From: Gemmatimonadota bacterium
GTDB taxonomy: Bacteria; Gemmatimonadota; Gemmatimonadetes; Longimicrobiales; RSA9
Assembly: GCA_040905425.1 (NCBI GenBank)
Contig: JBBDRO010000104.1
Coordinates: forward strand, 1-15,336
Length of the DNA: 15,336 nt
Reading direction: 5' to 3'
Shown here: piece after piece, positions 1-8,405 of the stretch
Layout: each line of letters begins with the position of its first letter
Position numbering within the stretch: the first letter of the stretch is position 1
Made by a program: the position numbers and the translations under genes
The notes under the pieces: model-generated
Told to the model about the DNA's origin: nothing
Seen by the model: the letters and a program-made list of their open reading frames with translations, nothing else
Databases searched by the model: none

Positions 1-2
1 AG

Positions 3-89
3 GGCTTCAGCGTCTTCATCATGGGCTGGGGCGAGGCCGGCTTCGAGGCGGTGGAGATCGGGCGGGCCGCGGCGGGGCGGACCGACTGA
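3..89 (+). CDS. 3' end of a CDS entering from upstream (possibly HpcH/HpaI aldolase-like; family uncertain)
   Basis: Open frame from position 3 reads GFSVFIMGWGEAGFEAVEIGRAAAGRTD* with GC-rich third positions. Its TGA (87-89) overlaps the next ATG (TGATG). The family guess is from recall of similar C-termini only. Confidence 0.6.
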   Translation, partial: GFSVFIMGWGEAGFEAVEIGRAAAGRTD

Positions 90-340
90 TGCCGATCTAC
101 GAGTACGACTGCCAGGACTGCGGCCACCGTTTCGAGGCGCTGGTGCGGGGGGACGCCAAGCCGGCGTGCCCCGAATGCGCGAGCCAGCAGCTGGAGCGCC
201 ATTTCTCCCTGCCCACCGTGCAGTCCACGGGCACGCGGGGGCTGGCCATGAAGGCGGCCAGGAAGCGCGACGCCGCCCAGGGCAAGGACCGCATGCACGA
301 GCAGCTCCGCTACGAACAGACGCACGACCGGCACGGCTGA
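89..340 (+). CDS. FmdB-family zinc-ribbon protein (83 aa)
   Basis: Starts MPIYEYDCQDCGHRFE and contains CPECAS; two CxxC pairs in the typical FmdB/CxxC_CxxC_SSSS pattern. Start overlaps the upstream stop. Confidence 0.9.
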   Translation: MPIYEYDCQDCGHRFEALVRGDAKPACPECASQQLERHFSLPTVQSTGTRGLAMKAARKRDAAQGKDRMHEQLRYEQTHDRHG

Positions 341-424
341 GGCCGGGGCGCGCACCACGCGGGGTGGCCCGGCCGGCGGGGGGCGCCGCGGTGCGCGAGC
401 CTTCCCCGACGGTTCGCCGCCGGC

Positions 425-1405
425 CTAGCGCGCCGCGCCCCCCACCAGCAGCTCCATGTGCTGCTCGACCTGCCGCAGACCGCCTTCCCCCTGCCCCCAG
501 CCGATGCGGCCGTCGCCGTCGGCGTCCACGCCGCTGAGGAGCTGAGCGGTCAGCTGGCTCAGCTCATCGGCGAGCGGCGCCGCGTCCGCCGCGCTGGCCG
601 CGCCCTCGATACGCCGCACCAGCGCCAGCGCCCGTGCGGCCCGCTCGGCCGTGGCGTTGGCGGCCGTGACCACGTGCACGGCGTGCGTGCGGACGTGCTC
701 GGAGGCGCTCTCGTGCTGGGCCGCCAGCTCCGTGTGCGTGGCGATCGCCGCGGCGGCCCTGGCCACGCCGAAGCCGGCGCCGGGGCCGCGGCCGTCCTCC
801 GCCGGCTCGAGCGCGTGGGCCACGTGGCCCGCATGGGTCCGCATGGCCGCCAGGTCATCCGTGGCGGCGGCCAGCTCCGCGTGCTCGGCGGCCACGGTTG
901 CCTCGGCGAGCGCCGCCGCCAGCAGCCCCTGCCCGCCCGGCGTCCCCGCGAAGGCGTCCAGCACGTGGCCGATGTGAGGGTTGGCCGGCGCCCCGTCATC
1001 CGCCGTGTCCGCCGCGTCCGCCGCGTCCGCCGCCTCCTCCGGTTCCTCCTCCTCGATGCCCAGGACGGCGTTCAACGCGCGGCGCGCCGCCGCGTCCGTG
1101 CTGACCAGGAAGGTGAGGCGCGCGTAGCTCTCCTCCGAAAAGCCGTTGGCCTCGAGCACGGCGGCCACGTCCAGGCGCAGTTGCTCCTGCAGCGCCTCCA
1201 CGGCCTCCGGCTTCTTGTTGCGCGCCTCGGCGGCCTCCGCCTGGTAGGCGTCCCGCAGCTTGCCGATGGCCTGGTACGCCGTGGCGTAGGCCTCCAGCCG
1301 GGCGGAATCCACGGGGAGCGTCTGGGCGGCGGCGGCGGCGGGCAGCAGCAGGGCCGCCGCCAACAGGACGTACGGGCGGACGCGTGCAGGGAGGGACGCG
1401 CGCAT
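425..1405 (-). CDS. Secreted protein: signal peptide, DUF4168-like helical domain, acidic linker, His-rich C-terminal domain (326 aa)
   Basis: ATG at 1405 has GGAGG just upstream. Signal peptide MRASLPARVRPYVLLAAALLLPAAAAA-Q. The segment LEAYATAYQAI...VLEANGFSEESYARLTFLVSTD resembles DUF4168. The TTG start at 1471 in the ORF track overlaps the predicted -10 box and is unlikely. Confidence 0.75.
   Translation of the reverse strand: MRASLPARVRPYVLLAAALLLPAAAAAQTLPVDSARLEAYATAYQAIGKLRDAYQAEAAEARNKKPEAVEALQEQLRLDVAAVLEANGFSEESYARLTFLVSTDAAARRALNAVLGIEEEEPEEAADAADAADTADDGAPANPHIGHVLDAFAGTPGGQGLLAAALAEATVAAEHAELAAATDDLAAMRTHAGHVAHALEPAEDGRGPGAGFGVARAAAAIATHTELAAQHESASEHVRTHAVHVVTAANATAERAARALALVRRIEGAASAADAAPLADELSQLTAQLLSGVDADGDGRIGWGQGEGGLRQVEQHMELLVGGAAR
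999..1034. repeat. 4 x 9-bp coding tandem repeat (TCCGCCGyS) encoding the AAD/TAD linker
   Basis: tccgccgtg tccgccgcg tccgccgcg tccgccgcc read directly; translates on the minus strand to AAD-AAD-AAD-TAD. Confidence 0.8.
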
Positions 1406-1469
1406 GGAGCCTCCGGAGGTGCCCCGCCGCCGATCGGTGCGGCGCGGGGCGGGTGGATGGTGAAGACCC

Positions 1470-1499
1470 AAGTTAGGCGCCGGCAGGCGGCGCGATCAA
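1470..1499 (-). promoter_or_regulatory. Putative sigma70-type promoter TTGATC-N18-TAACTT for the DUF4168-like gene
   Basis: Minus strand reads TTGATC gcgccgcctgccggcgcc TAACTT in the intergenic gap, 64 nt upstream of the ATG; AT-rich hexamers stand out in this GC-rich context. Confidence 0.6.
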
Positions 1500-1510
1500 G
1501 GGGCGCGCCG

Positions 1511-3673
1511 CTACCTGCCCGGCCGGTACGCCCGCTCCAGGTTGGCCTCCACGTCCGCGCGGTAGAAGAACACGTCGCGCAGAAAGCCCATGGCGTAGTG
1601 CGCCGCCTGGTCGTTGAAGTGCGGGGAGGCGGGGTCGCCGCTCTCGCCGCCGGCGGAGACGGCGCGGGCCCGCACGCGGTCCCCGAACTCCACCACCGCC
1701 ACGAAGCTGTTGCCGCTGGTGCCGTACCAGCGCTTGGTGTTCGGGTAGGGGCGCGCGCCGAAGGAGGCCAGCGAGCCCCAGCGCGCCGAGGTGAAAGGCA
1801 CCGGGATGCTGTGCGCGTCGTCGTCGAAGTTGGGGCCGATCTCCGGGCTGATGCGCTGGAAGCGGTTGATCTCCCCCCAGGGCGTCTCCCAGGTGCCGAA
1901 TTCGGCGCTCAGCCGGTCGATGGCTGCCTCCAGGGCGTCCAGCGGCTGCGCGGCCGAGTTCCGCTCGCTGCCCCAGAAGATGGCCAGCGCGGTGGCCACG
2001 GAGCTCACGCCCCAGCGGTAGTCCCAGGCGCGCAGCACCCCGATGGGCGCGGCCAGCGCCGCGCGCCGGGGGCTCGAGGCGGGCAGCGCGTCGTAGGCAC
2101 CGATGAGCGCGGGCAGCGTCTCTTCGAAGGCGGGCAGGTAGCTGTCGTAGGCCAGCTCGATCAGCCCCTCCAGCGTGAAGTCATCCTTGCCGGGGAGCAG
2201 CATGAGCGCGTGCTTGCCGCGCGCGTTCTCGGTCTGATAGGTGTCCACGTAGGCCGGATAGTCCTCGCGCCGCGGGCTGTCGGGGCCGGCGGCCGACCAC
2301 GGGAAATTGTTCGTGTTGAACGCCCAGCCCACGGAGGGATTGATGGCGTTGGGGGTCTCCTCCAGCGCTAGCACGCCGCGGTACGCCGTGGCCGGGTCGC
2401 TTCCATCCACCGGCTCGCTCCAGTCGAAGCGCGGGTCCCGGCGCGGGATGTAGTTGGAGTGCAGGTAGGCAATGTTGCCGGCCGCGTCGGCGTAGAGCGT
2501 GTTGTTGGACGAGTTGGTGTGCAGCTCCATGATCTCCAGGTACGCGTCCAGGTCGGCGGCTTTGGTGCGCGCGTAGGACTGGATGAGCGCCTCGACGGGC
2601 TGCCACATGAGGCTCACCGAGAGCCAGCGCTCGCCCTCCCGCCCCACCACGGGGCCGCGGTGCGTGTGGTAGACCGTGAAGCTGCGTTCGGCCATGCCCG
2701 TGTCCGTGCGATACGGGATGGTGACGGCGCGCGCGCTCACCGGCCGCTCCTCCGCACCGTAGCGGTAGAACCAGCGCTCGCCGCGCCGCACGGGCGTCTC
2801 CAGGAACCAGTCGATGTTGTCCACGCCGCTCGAGGTGTGCATCCAGCCGGCCGTCTCGTTGAAGCCCTGGTAGATGAAGAACTGTCCCCAGGTCACGGCG
2901 CCGTAGGCGTTCAGCCCCTCCTGGCTCACCATCTGGAGCTCGGAGCGGAAGTAGAAGGAGGTGTGCGGGTTGATGAGCAGCAGGGCGTTGCCGTTCAGCG
3001 TGTTCTCCGGCGCGATGGAGATGCCGTTGGAGCCGCGCGGCTCCGGCTCGAATTCCAGGACACCGGACGCGGGCGCCTCCGCGGGCATCTCAGGGGCCGG
3101 CTCCGCGGGCGGCTCGTCCCCGTAAAAGGCCTCCAGCGTGCGCAGGTTGACGCGCTCGATGTCCCCACCGATGCTGCCCTCGGTGAAGGAGAGCGCCATC
3201 CACGGCTCGTAGCGCGGGATGCCCTCGGGCTCCACCTGGGGGTGCGTGTGCAGGTAGTAGTTCAGCCCGTCCGCGAAGGCGTCCATGAGGTCACGGAGCC
3301 AGGCGGGGCTGCGGGCGTACTGGGCCTGCAGGCTGTCCGGGTCGGCCCACAGGCGGGCGCGCAGGTCCCACCAGAGGGCGCGCTCGCCGTCCACGACCGC
3401 GGTGCGGCCCAGGGAGCGGCGGTAGTTGGCCGCCACGCGCGGGTAGTCATCCTCCGCCTGCGCGTACACCATGCCGAAGACGGCGTCCGCGTCCGTCCGC
3501 CCGTAGACGTGCGCGATGCCCCAGCGGTCCCGCTGGATGGTGACGTCGGCGGCCTGGGCCTCCCAGCGCGCGAGCTCGGCGGCGGAGGGCGCCTGGGCCG
3601 CGAGCGGTGGCGCGTGGTGCAGGAGGGCGGGCAGGGCAATGGCCAGAGCGGCCAGCGTGCGGATGCGGATCAT
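1511..3673 (-). CDS. Penicillin acylase family (Ntn-hydrolase) secreted amidase, 720 aa
   Basis: Signal peptide MIRIRTLAALAIALPALL...LAAQ. Alpha-subunit motif IQRDRWGIAHVYG...FGMVYAQAED. Beta-subunit start GSNG (catalytic Ser), LLLINPH, NTNN, C-terminal GGESGDPASPHFNDQA. The ORF-track extension to 4345 overlaps the permease in another frame. Confidence 0.93.
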   Translation of the reverse strand: MIRIRTLAALAIALPALLHHAPPLAAQAPSAAELARWEAQAADVTIQRDRWGIAHVYGRTDADAVFGMVYAQAEDDYPRVAANYRRSLGRTAVVDGERALWWDLRARLWADPDSLQAQYARSPAWLRDLMDAFADGLNYYLHTHPQVEPEGIPRYEPWMALSFTEGSIGGDIERVNLRTLEAFYGDEPPAEPAPEMPAEAPASGVLEFEPEPRGSNGISIAPENTLNGNALLLINPHTSFYFRSELQMVSQEGLNAYGAVTWGQFFIYQGFNETAGWMHTSSGVDNIDWFLETPVRRGERWFYRYGAEERPVSARAVTIPYRTDTGMAERSFTVYHTHRGPVVGREGERWLSVSLMWQPVEALIQSYARTKAADLDAYLEIMELHTNSSNNTLYADAAGNIAYLHSNYIPRRDPRFDWSEPVDGSDPATAYRGVLALEETPNAINPSVGWAFNTNNFPWSAAGPDSPRREDYPAYVDTYQTENARGKHALMLLPGKDDFTLEGLIELAYDSYLPAFEETLPALIGAYDALPASSPRRAALAAPIGVLRAWDYRWGVSSVATALAIFWGSERNSAAQPLDALEAAIDRLSAEFGTWETPWGEINRFQRISPEIGPNFDDDAHSIPVPFTSARWGSLASFGARPYPNTKRWYGTSGNSFVAVVEFGDRVRARAVSAGGESGDPASPHFNDQAAHYAMGFLRDVFFYRADVEANLERAYRPGR

Positions 3674-3725
3674 GGCTCGGCCTCTGCGCGCGAGGAGCAA
3701 CGGGTCCGGTCGGTCCGGATGGGGA

Positions 3726-3754
3726 AATCTGGCTGGCGGGGCGAGGGGATGCAA
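3726..3754 (-). promoter_or_regulatory. Possible promoter TTGCAT-N17-CAGATT for the acylase gene
   Basis: Minus strand reads TTGCAT cccctcgccccgccagc CAGATT, about 50 nt upstream of the ATG at 3673. The -10 box has C instead of T at its first position. Confidence 0.4.
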
Positions 3755-3783
3755 TCGAGCGGCGGCTCCGGCCCGACGGGCGC

Positions 3784-5007
3784 CTACTCGCCGCGCAGCG
3801 CCTCGATCGGGTCGAGCAGGGAGGCACGAAACGCGGGGTAGGCACCGAAGAAAGCGCTCACCAGCAACGCGAAGGAGAACGAGAGCGCCACGGAGAAGGG
3901 CTCCACCTGGATCGGCCAGTCGGTGGCCATGCCGATGCCGACCGCGCCGCCGAGCCCCAGCGCTACGCCCGTCAGTCCTCCGGCCATGCCGAGCATGGCG
4001 GCTTCGGTCAGGAACTGAGTACGCACGTCCCGCCGCCGCGCTCCCACGGCCAGCCGCAGGCCGATCTCCCGGGTACGCTCCCGCACTGTCATGAGCATGA
4101 CCGCCAGAATGCCCACGCCGCCCACCAGGAGGGAGACGGCCGCGATGCCGCCCACGAGGGTGGTGAAGGTGTCCCCGATCTCCTGGTGGGCCGCCATGAC
4201 CTCCACCTGGGTACGGAGCTCGAAGTCGTCGTCCGCGCCGGTCCGCTCCAGCCCATGTACGTCGCGCAGCAGCCAGCGCACCTGCTCCACGGCGCTCTCC
4301 AGTTGGTTGCCGTCCCGGGCACGCAGATAGATCCCACCGAGCCACGCCTGATTCATGACCCGGCGCAGGGCTGTGCGCAGGGGGATCATCACTACGTCAT
4401 CCTGGTCGGTACCGGAGGCATCGACCCCACGCGGCCGCAGCACGCCAATCACCTCGAAGGGCACGGTGCCGATCGAGACCCGCCGACCGACGGGCGTCAC
4501 GTCACCGAAGAGCGCCCGCGCCACGGCGGGGCCCAGTACCACGCTGCGCCCCGCCGTGAGTTCGTCCTGATCTGTGTAGAAGGTCCCCGCGGCCACGCTC
4601 ACATTGAGCACCCGCAGGACGTCCGGCGTGACGCCGAGGACAGTGGTCGTGGCGGACCTGCCGTCGGCGGTCAGAGGCATCCGCCGGCTGGACCAGGGAG
4701 CGCTCGCCAGGATCTGTGGTACCCCTTCGACAATGGCCTCGCCGTCCTGCGGGACGAGCGTCGTGACGGTGCCTCTCACCTGAGCCCGACCGGTACTTGA
4801 GCGGATCTGAGCGGGCGTCACCATAATGAGATCCGTGCCCATGGCCTCGATCCGGCGCATCACATCCTGCCGGGCGCCGTGACCCACCGCCACCATGGAT
4901 ATGACGGCGGACACACCCATGACGATGCCCAGGAGGGAGAGCGCCGTGCGCATCCGATGGGCGGCGAGCTGGCGCGCCGAGATGCGCAGCCCGCGCAGCA
5001 CCTTCAT
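3784..5007 (-). CDS. ABC transporter permease, MacB/FtsX family (407 aa)
   Basis: N-terminal RTALSLLGIVMGVSAV transmembrane helix, large periplasmic domain, C-terminal VRERTREIGLRLAVGA...QFLTEA...YPAFRASLLDPIEALR. Confidence 0.95.
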   Translation of the reverse strand: MKVLRGLRISARQLAAHRMRTALSLLGIVMGVSAVISMVAVGHGARQDVMRRIEAMGTDLIMVTPAQIRSSTGRAQVRGTVTTLVPQDGEAIVEGVPQILASAPWSSRRMPLTADGRSATTTVLGVTPDVLRVLNVSVAAGTFYTDQDELTAGRSVVLGPAVARALFGDVTPVGRRVSIGTVPFEVIGVLRPRGVDASGTDQDDVVMIPLRTALRRVMNQAWLGGIYLRARDGNQLESAVEQVRWLLRDVHGLERTGADDDFELRTQVEVMAAHQEIGDTFTTLVGGIAAVSLLVGGVGILAVMLMTVRERTREIGLRLAVGARRRDVRTQFLTEAAMLGMAGGLTGVALGLGGAVGIGMATDWPIQVEPFSVALSFSFALLVSAFFGAYPAFRASLLDPIEALRGE

Positions 5008-5017
5008 GGCGCGGCAC

Positions 5018-6247
5018 TCACGAGCGGAGAGCGTCCACGGGGGTCATCGCGGCCGCCCTGCCGGCGGGGTACGAGCCGGCCACGAGCCCCACCAGCGCGG
5101 CGAAGCCGATCCCCAGCATCAGCACGTGCCATGTGAGAAGGGCGGGCGTGCCGGTGAACCATTCCAGGACGCGATTGCCCAGGGCGCCAAGGAGGATGCC
5201 CCCCACGCCGCCCAGCACGGTCACCGCCACCGCTTCCACCAGGAACTGGCCACGGATGTGCCGGCCTCTTGCCCCGACCGCCTTGCGGAGGCCGATCTCG
5301 CCGCGGCGCTCGCCCACGGACAGCAACATGACGTTGGCTACCACCACGCCGCCGACCACCAGGGCAATGCCCGCCACGAGGATCAGGAAGAGGTTGAAGG
5401 TCCCCTGCATCTCCTCCACCATGCCCGTGACCTCGGTGGGGGTGGTGACCCGGAAGTCATCCTGGGTGCCCGGCGCGAGTCCATGCCGCTCGCGCAGGAG
5501 GGCAGCGATATCGGCGGCGGCGGGTTCCATGTCCGCGAGTGTGCGCACCCCCACTCGGACGCCCGAGAGGTAGTCCACGCCGGCCACCCGCCGCATATAG
5601 GTGCTGAGGGGCACGAAGACCCGGTTGTCCATGTCTCCGCCACCCGCGCTGGCCCCCTTTGCGAGCATGACCCCCGTGATTTCGAAGGGCACGCCCCCCA
5701 CCTGAATCACCTCCCCCATGGGGTCTTCGTCACCGAAGAGCGCCTGAGCCACGGTGGGCCCGATGGCCGCGGTCCGCGCCATGAGCTGGTCATCCTGATG
5801 CGTGATGAACGCGCCCCGCTCCACGTGCCAGTCCCACAGCTCCGCCCACTCGGGGGTCACCCCGAAGACGGGGGCCGCAAGGGTCTGGTCGCGCCACCGG
5901 ATCTCGGTCTGGCCGGCCCGCGCGAAGGGCGCCACACCCCGCACGCCGGCAACCTCCGCAAGGATGGCCTTGCCGTCATCGAGCTTCAGGGTGGCGGTCA
6001 CGGCATCGCCCGCCCCGCTGCCACCCATCCGGGTCTGATCCGTCGGCCCGCCGGCCCAGACCATCATGTTCTCCAGGCCGAAGACGCGCACCCGCTCCAT
6101 GATGCGCTCCCGCGCCCCCATGCCCGCGGACAGCACCACCGTGAGGACGGTGATGGCCACGGCGATGCCCGCCGCCATCAGGGCCGTGCGGAGGCGATTG
6201 CGATCGAGGGCCCGGAGCGCCTGGGCCACCATGCGCCGCGTCCTCAT
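5018..6247 (-). CDS. ABC transporter permease, MacB/FtsX family (409 aa)
   Basis: NRLRTALMAAGIAVAI; SVGERRGEIGLRKAVGA...QFLVEA...YPAGRAAAMTPVDALR. ATGA overlap with the ATPase stop. Confidence 0.95.
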   Translation of the reverse strand: MRTRRMVAQALRALDRNRLRTALMAAGIAVAITVLTVVLSAGMGARERIMERVRVFGLENMMVWAGGPTDQTRMGGSGAGDAVTATLKLDDGKAILAEVAGVRGVAPFARAGQTEIRWRDQTLAAPVFGVTPEWAELWDWHVERGAFITHQDDQLMARTAAIGPTVAQALFGDEDPMGEVIQVGGVPFEITGVMLAKGASAGGGDMDNRVFVPLSTYMRRVAGVDYLSGVRVGVRTLADMEPAAADIAALLRERHGLAPGTQDDFRVTTPTEVTGMVEEMQGTFNLFLILVAGIALVVGGVVVANVMLLSVGERRGEIGLRKAVGARGRHIRGQFLVEAVAVTVLGGVGGILLGALGNRVLEWFTGTPALLTWHVLMLGIGFAALVGLVAGSYPAGRAAAMTPVDALRS

Positions 6248-7011
6248 GGCCGGGCCTGGCCGGCTACGGCTGCCACGGCGGTGTCCGGCGCGGCGGTGTC
6301 CGGCGCGGCGGTGTCCGGCGCGGCGGTGTCCGCGGCAAGGCGGCCGTCCCGCACCGTGATGACGCGCCGGGCATACCCGGCCACCTCGGCGTCGTGGGTC
6401 ACGACCAACACGGTGCGGCCGCGGCGGTTCAGTTCCGCAAAAAGGGCCATGATTTCCTGGCTGGACGTGGAATCCAGGTTGCCCGTGGGCTCGTCGGCAA
6501 GGAGGATTTCGGGATCGTTGACGAGCGCGCGCGCAATGGCCACGCGCTGCTGCTGCCCCCCCGACAACTCGCCTGGATGGTGGTCGTAGCGGTCGGCCGG
6601 CAGACCCACGGTAGCAAGGGCAGCGCGGGCGGGGCCGGCCAGGTCCGTACGGTCGGTGTAGAGGAGCGGCAGCTCCACGTTCTCCAGCGCGGAGGTGCGC
6701 GGCAGGAGGTTGAAGCTCTGGAAGACGAAGCCCACCATGCGGCTCCGCACATCGGCGAGCGCGTCATGGCTCAGCCCGCTCACCTCGCGCCCGTCCAGCA
6801 AGACGCGCCCCGACGTGGGCTGGTCCAGGCACCCCAGGATGTTCATGAGGGTGGACTTGCCCGACCCCGAGGCTCCCACGAGCGCCACGAACTCGCCTTT
6901 CCGGATCTCCAGACTCACGTCCGAGAGGGCGGCCACGCGCACGCCGCCATCCTTCTCGAAGATCCTGGTCACATTGCTGGCCTGGATCAGCGGTCGTTCC
7001 ATGGTGTCCAT
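6244..7011 (-). CDS. ABC transporter ATP-binding protein, MacB/LolD type (255 aa; alternative start 7002)
   Basis: Walker A GASGSGKST, Q-loop FVFQSFNL, signature LSGGQQQRVAIARA, Walker B ILLADEPTGNLD, H-loop VTHD. Confidence 0.96.
   Translation of the reverse strand: MDTMERPLIQASNVTRIFEKDGGVRVAALSDVSLEIRKGEFVALVGASGSGKSTLMNILGCLDQPTSGRVLLDGREVSGLSHDALADVRSRMVGFVFQSFNLLPRTSALENVELPLLYTDRTDLAGPARAALATVGLPADRYDHHPGELSGGQQQRVAIARALVNDPEILLADEPTGNLDSTSSQEIMALFAELNRRGRTVLVVTHDAEVAGYARRVITVRDGRLAADTAAPDTAAPDTAAPDTAVAAVAGQARP
6276..6332. repeat. ~3.8 x 15-bp coding tandem repeat (CGGCGGTGTCCGGCG) giving a DTAAP tail on the ATPase
   Basis: Identical units at 6276, 6291 and 6306 plus a partial unit at 6321; protein reads DTAAP-DTAAP-DTAAP-DTAVA. 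Confidence 0.9.
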
Positions 7012-7012
7012 C

Positions 7013-8062
7013 CTATGAGGTGGGGAGCAGGATGCGTTCGCCCTCGGCCAGGCCCGCCGTGATCTCCGTCCAGCCGCTCTGCGTCCAACCCACCCGCACG
7101 CTCCGGCGCGTGGCTGTGCCGTCCACCAGCACCGTGACGAAACGCTCGGCTCGCTCGCGGCCCACCGCCACCGCGGGCACCGCCAGGACAGCCGCTCTGG
7201 GTTCGAGGACGATCGTCACCGCCGCCGTCATCTCCGGGCGGAGCTCCTGGCCCTTCCGGTCGATAATCCGCACGGTCACCACGTAATTGACCACGTTGTC
7301 CTGGATCACGGCCTTGGGGTAGATGGCCGTCACCTGGCCCGGAAATTCCTCGGCCGGGTAACTGTCCACGGAGAAGCGGACCGCCTGGCCCTCCCGGACG
7401 CGGCCGATGTCAGTCTCGTCCACGTAGGCCTGGAGCTCGAGACGCTCCAGATCGATGATGTTGACGAAGGTGGGAGAGGCAAAGCTGGCGGCCACCGTCT
7501 CGCCTTCCTGCGTGGCCACGGACGCAACTACCCCACTGATGGGAGCGGTGATGCGGGCGTAAGAGAGCTGTATGCGGGTGGATTCCAGGACGGCGCGGGC
7601 CAGCTTTTCCTGGGCCCTGGCCACCTCGAGGGCGGCACGGGCGGCGTCCACTTCCTGGCGGGAGACAAAGGACCGACTGCCCAGTGCCGCGAGATGCTCC
7701 AGGTTGGTGCTGGCCAGCTCGGCCTCCACCCGCGCCCGGTCCAGGGCGGCTTCGTTCTGGACCAGGCGGGCGCGGAACTCGGCGTCGTCGATCTCCGCGA
7801 TCACATCACCGGCCCGCACATGGTCGCCGATATTGGCGCGGAGGCGCCGCACCACTCCGGATACGCGCGACCCGACCTTCACCTCCGCGCCGACCATGGG
7901 CCGAACGACACCCATGGCCATGACGGTGGCGCTTATGTCCCTGCGGCTGACCGTGTAGACTTCGGGCGCCGTGCCCTCCGCCTGCCCGTCCCCGCCCAGC
8001 ACGAGCCAACCTCCGCCCGCCGCCACCAGCAGAGCCACACCGCCCACCCACCACCGACCCAT
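7013..8062 (-). CDS. Periplasmic adaptor (membrane fusion protein), MacA-like (349 aa)
   Basis: N-terminal membrane anchor. Lipoyl halves EVKVGSRVSGVV...GDHVRAGDVIAEID and ITAPISGVV...EGETV flank an alpha-hairpin. Also VDETDIGRVREGQ and LRPEMTA. Confidence 0.95.
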   Translation of the reverse strand: MGRWWVGGVALLVAAGGGWLVLGGDGQAEGTAPEVYTVSRRDISATVMAMGVVRPMVGAEVKVGSRVSGVVRRLRANIGDHVRAGDVIAEIDDAEFRARLVQNEAALDRARVEAELASTNLEHLAALGSRSFVSRQEVDAARAALEVARAQEKLARAVLESTRIQLSYARITAPISGVVASVATQEGETVAASFASPTFVNIIDLERLELQAYVDETDIGRVREGQAVRFSVDSYPAEEFPGQVTAIYPKAVIQDNVVNYVVTVRIIDRKGQELRPEMTAAVTIVLEPRAAVLAVPAVAVGRERAERFVTVLVDGTATRRSVRVGWTQSGWTEITAGLAEGERILLPTS

Positions 8063-8124
8063 GATCGCCGCTTCCCCGAGGAATCCCGCCTACTGTGGTA
8101 CAGAGGTGCGCGGGGGCGCGGACG

Positions 8125-8322
8125 TTAAGCCGAACCCGCCTGCGGCTGCTGCGCGGCCGGGACCCCGGAAGTATCCGCCGTCGCCTCCTCCTCCGCCGCG
8201 GCGTGCCGGCGCTGCACCAGATAGGTGGCCAGGAAGAGCAGCAGCACCACCACCACGGTGGCGGGGATGAGGCGGGGCAGGCGGATGCGGCGCCGCTGGC
8301 CGGGCGGGGCAGGTTCATTCAT
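8125..8322 (-). CDS. Small hypothetical single-pass membrane protein (65 aa)
   Basis: Basic N-terminus (RRRIRLPR), hydrophobic stretch LIPATVVVVLLLFLATYLV, polar tail. Fills the gap between csp and the adaptor gene in the same orientation; GGAGG 13 nt upstream. Confidence 0.55.
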   Translation of the reverse strand: MNEPAPPGQRRRIRLPRLIPATVVVVLLLFLATYLVQRRHAAAEEEATADTSGVPAAQQPQAGSA

Positions 8323-8349
8323 GCGGATAGCTCAACCTCCGGGCACGCC

Positions 8350-8379
8350 AAAGGGCTCCCCGGCGGGAGCCGGGGAGCC
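8350..8379 (-). terminator. Probable intrinsic terminator of the csp gene
   Basis: Perfect 11-bp stem GGCTCCCCGGC (8354-8364) / GCCGGGGAGCC (8369-8379) with a 4-nt loop, followed by CTTT on the minus strand, 26 nt after the csp stop. Confidence 0.7.
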
Positions 8380-8405
8380 ACTTCGAACGGCGACATTCTG
8401 GTTGG

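Noticed and set aside
349..397. Inverted repeat CGCGCACC/GGTGCGCG between convergent genes as a terminator
   Set aside because: Only 8 bp with a long loop and no U tract; weak evidence at this GC content.
3688..3702. GCGCGAGGAGCAACG, resembling the two arms of the element core joined without the hairpin
   Set aside because: Only 15 nt in GC-rich DNA, with no terminal repeats or TA flanks; chance cannot be excluded.
3674..4345. N-terminal extension of the acylase in the ORF track, suggesting a fusion or frameshift with the permease
   Set aside because: The permease is complete in its own frame, and the acylase has a signal peptide starting at 3673.
458..6589. Long plus-strand ORFs (458-2371, 2459-3841, 3607-4800, 4895-6589)
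   Set aside because: They lie antisense to well-supported genes, show no family motifs, and are expected shadow ORFs at high GC.
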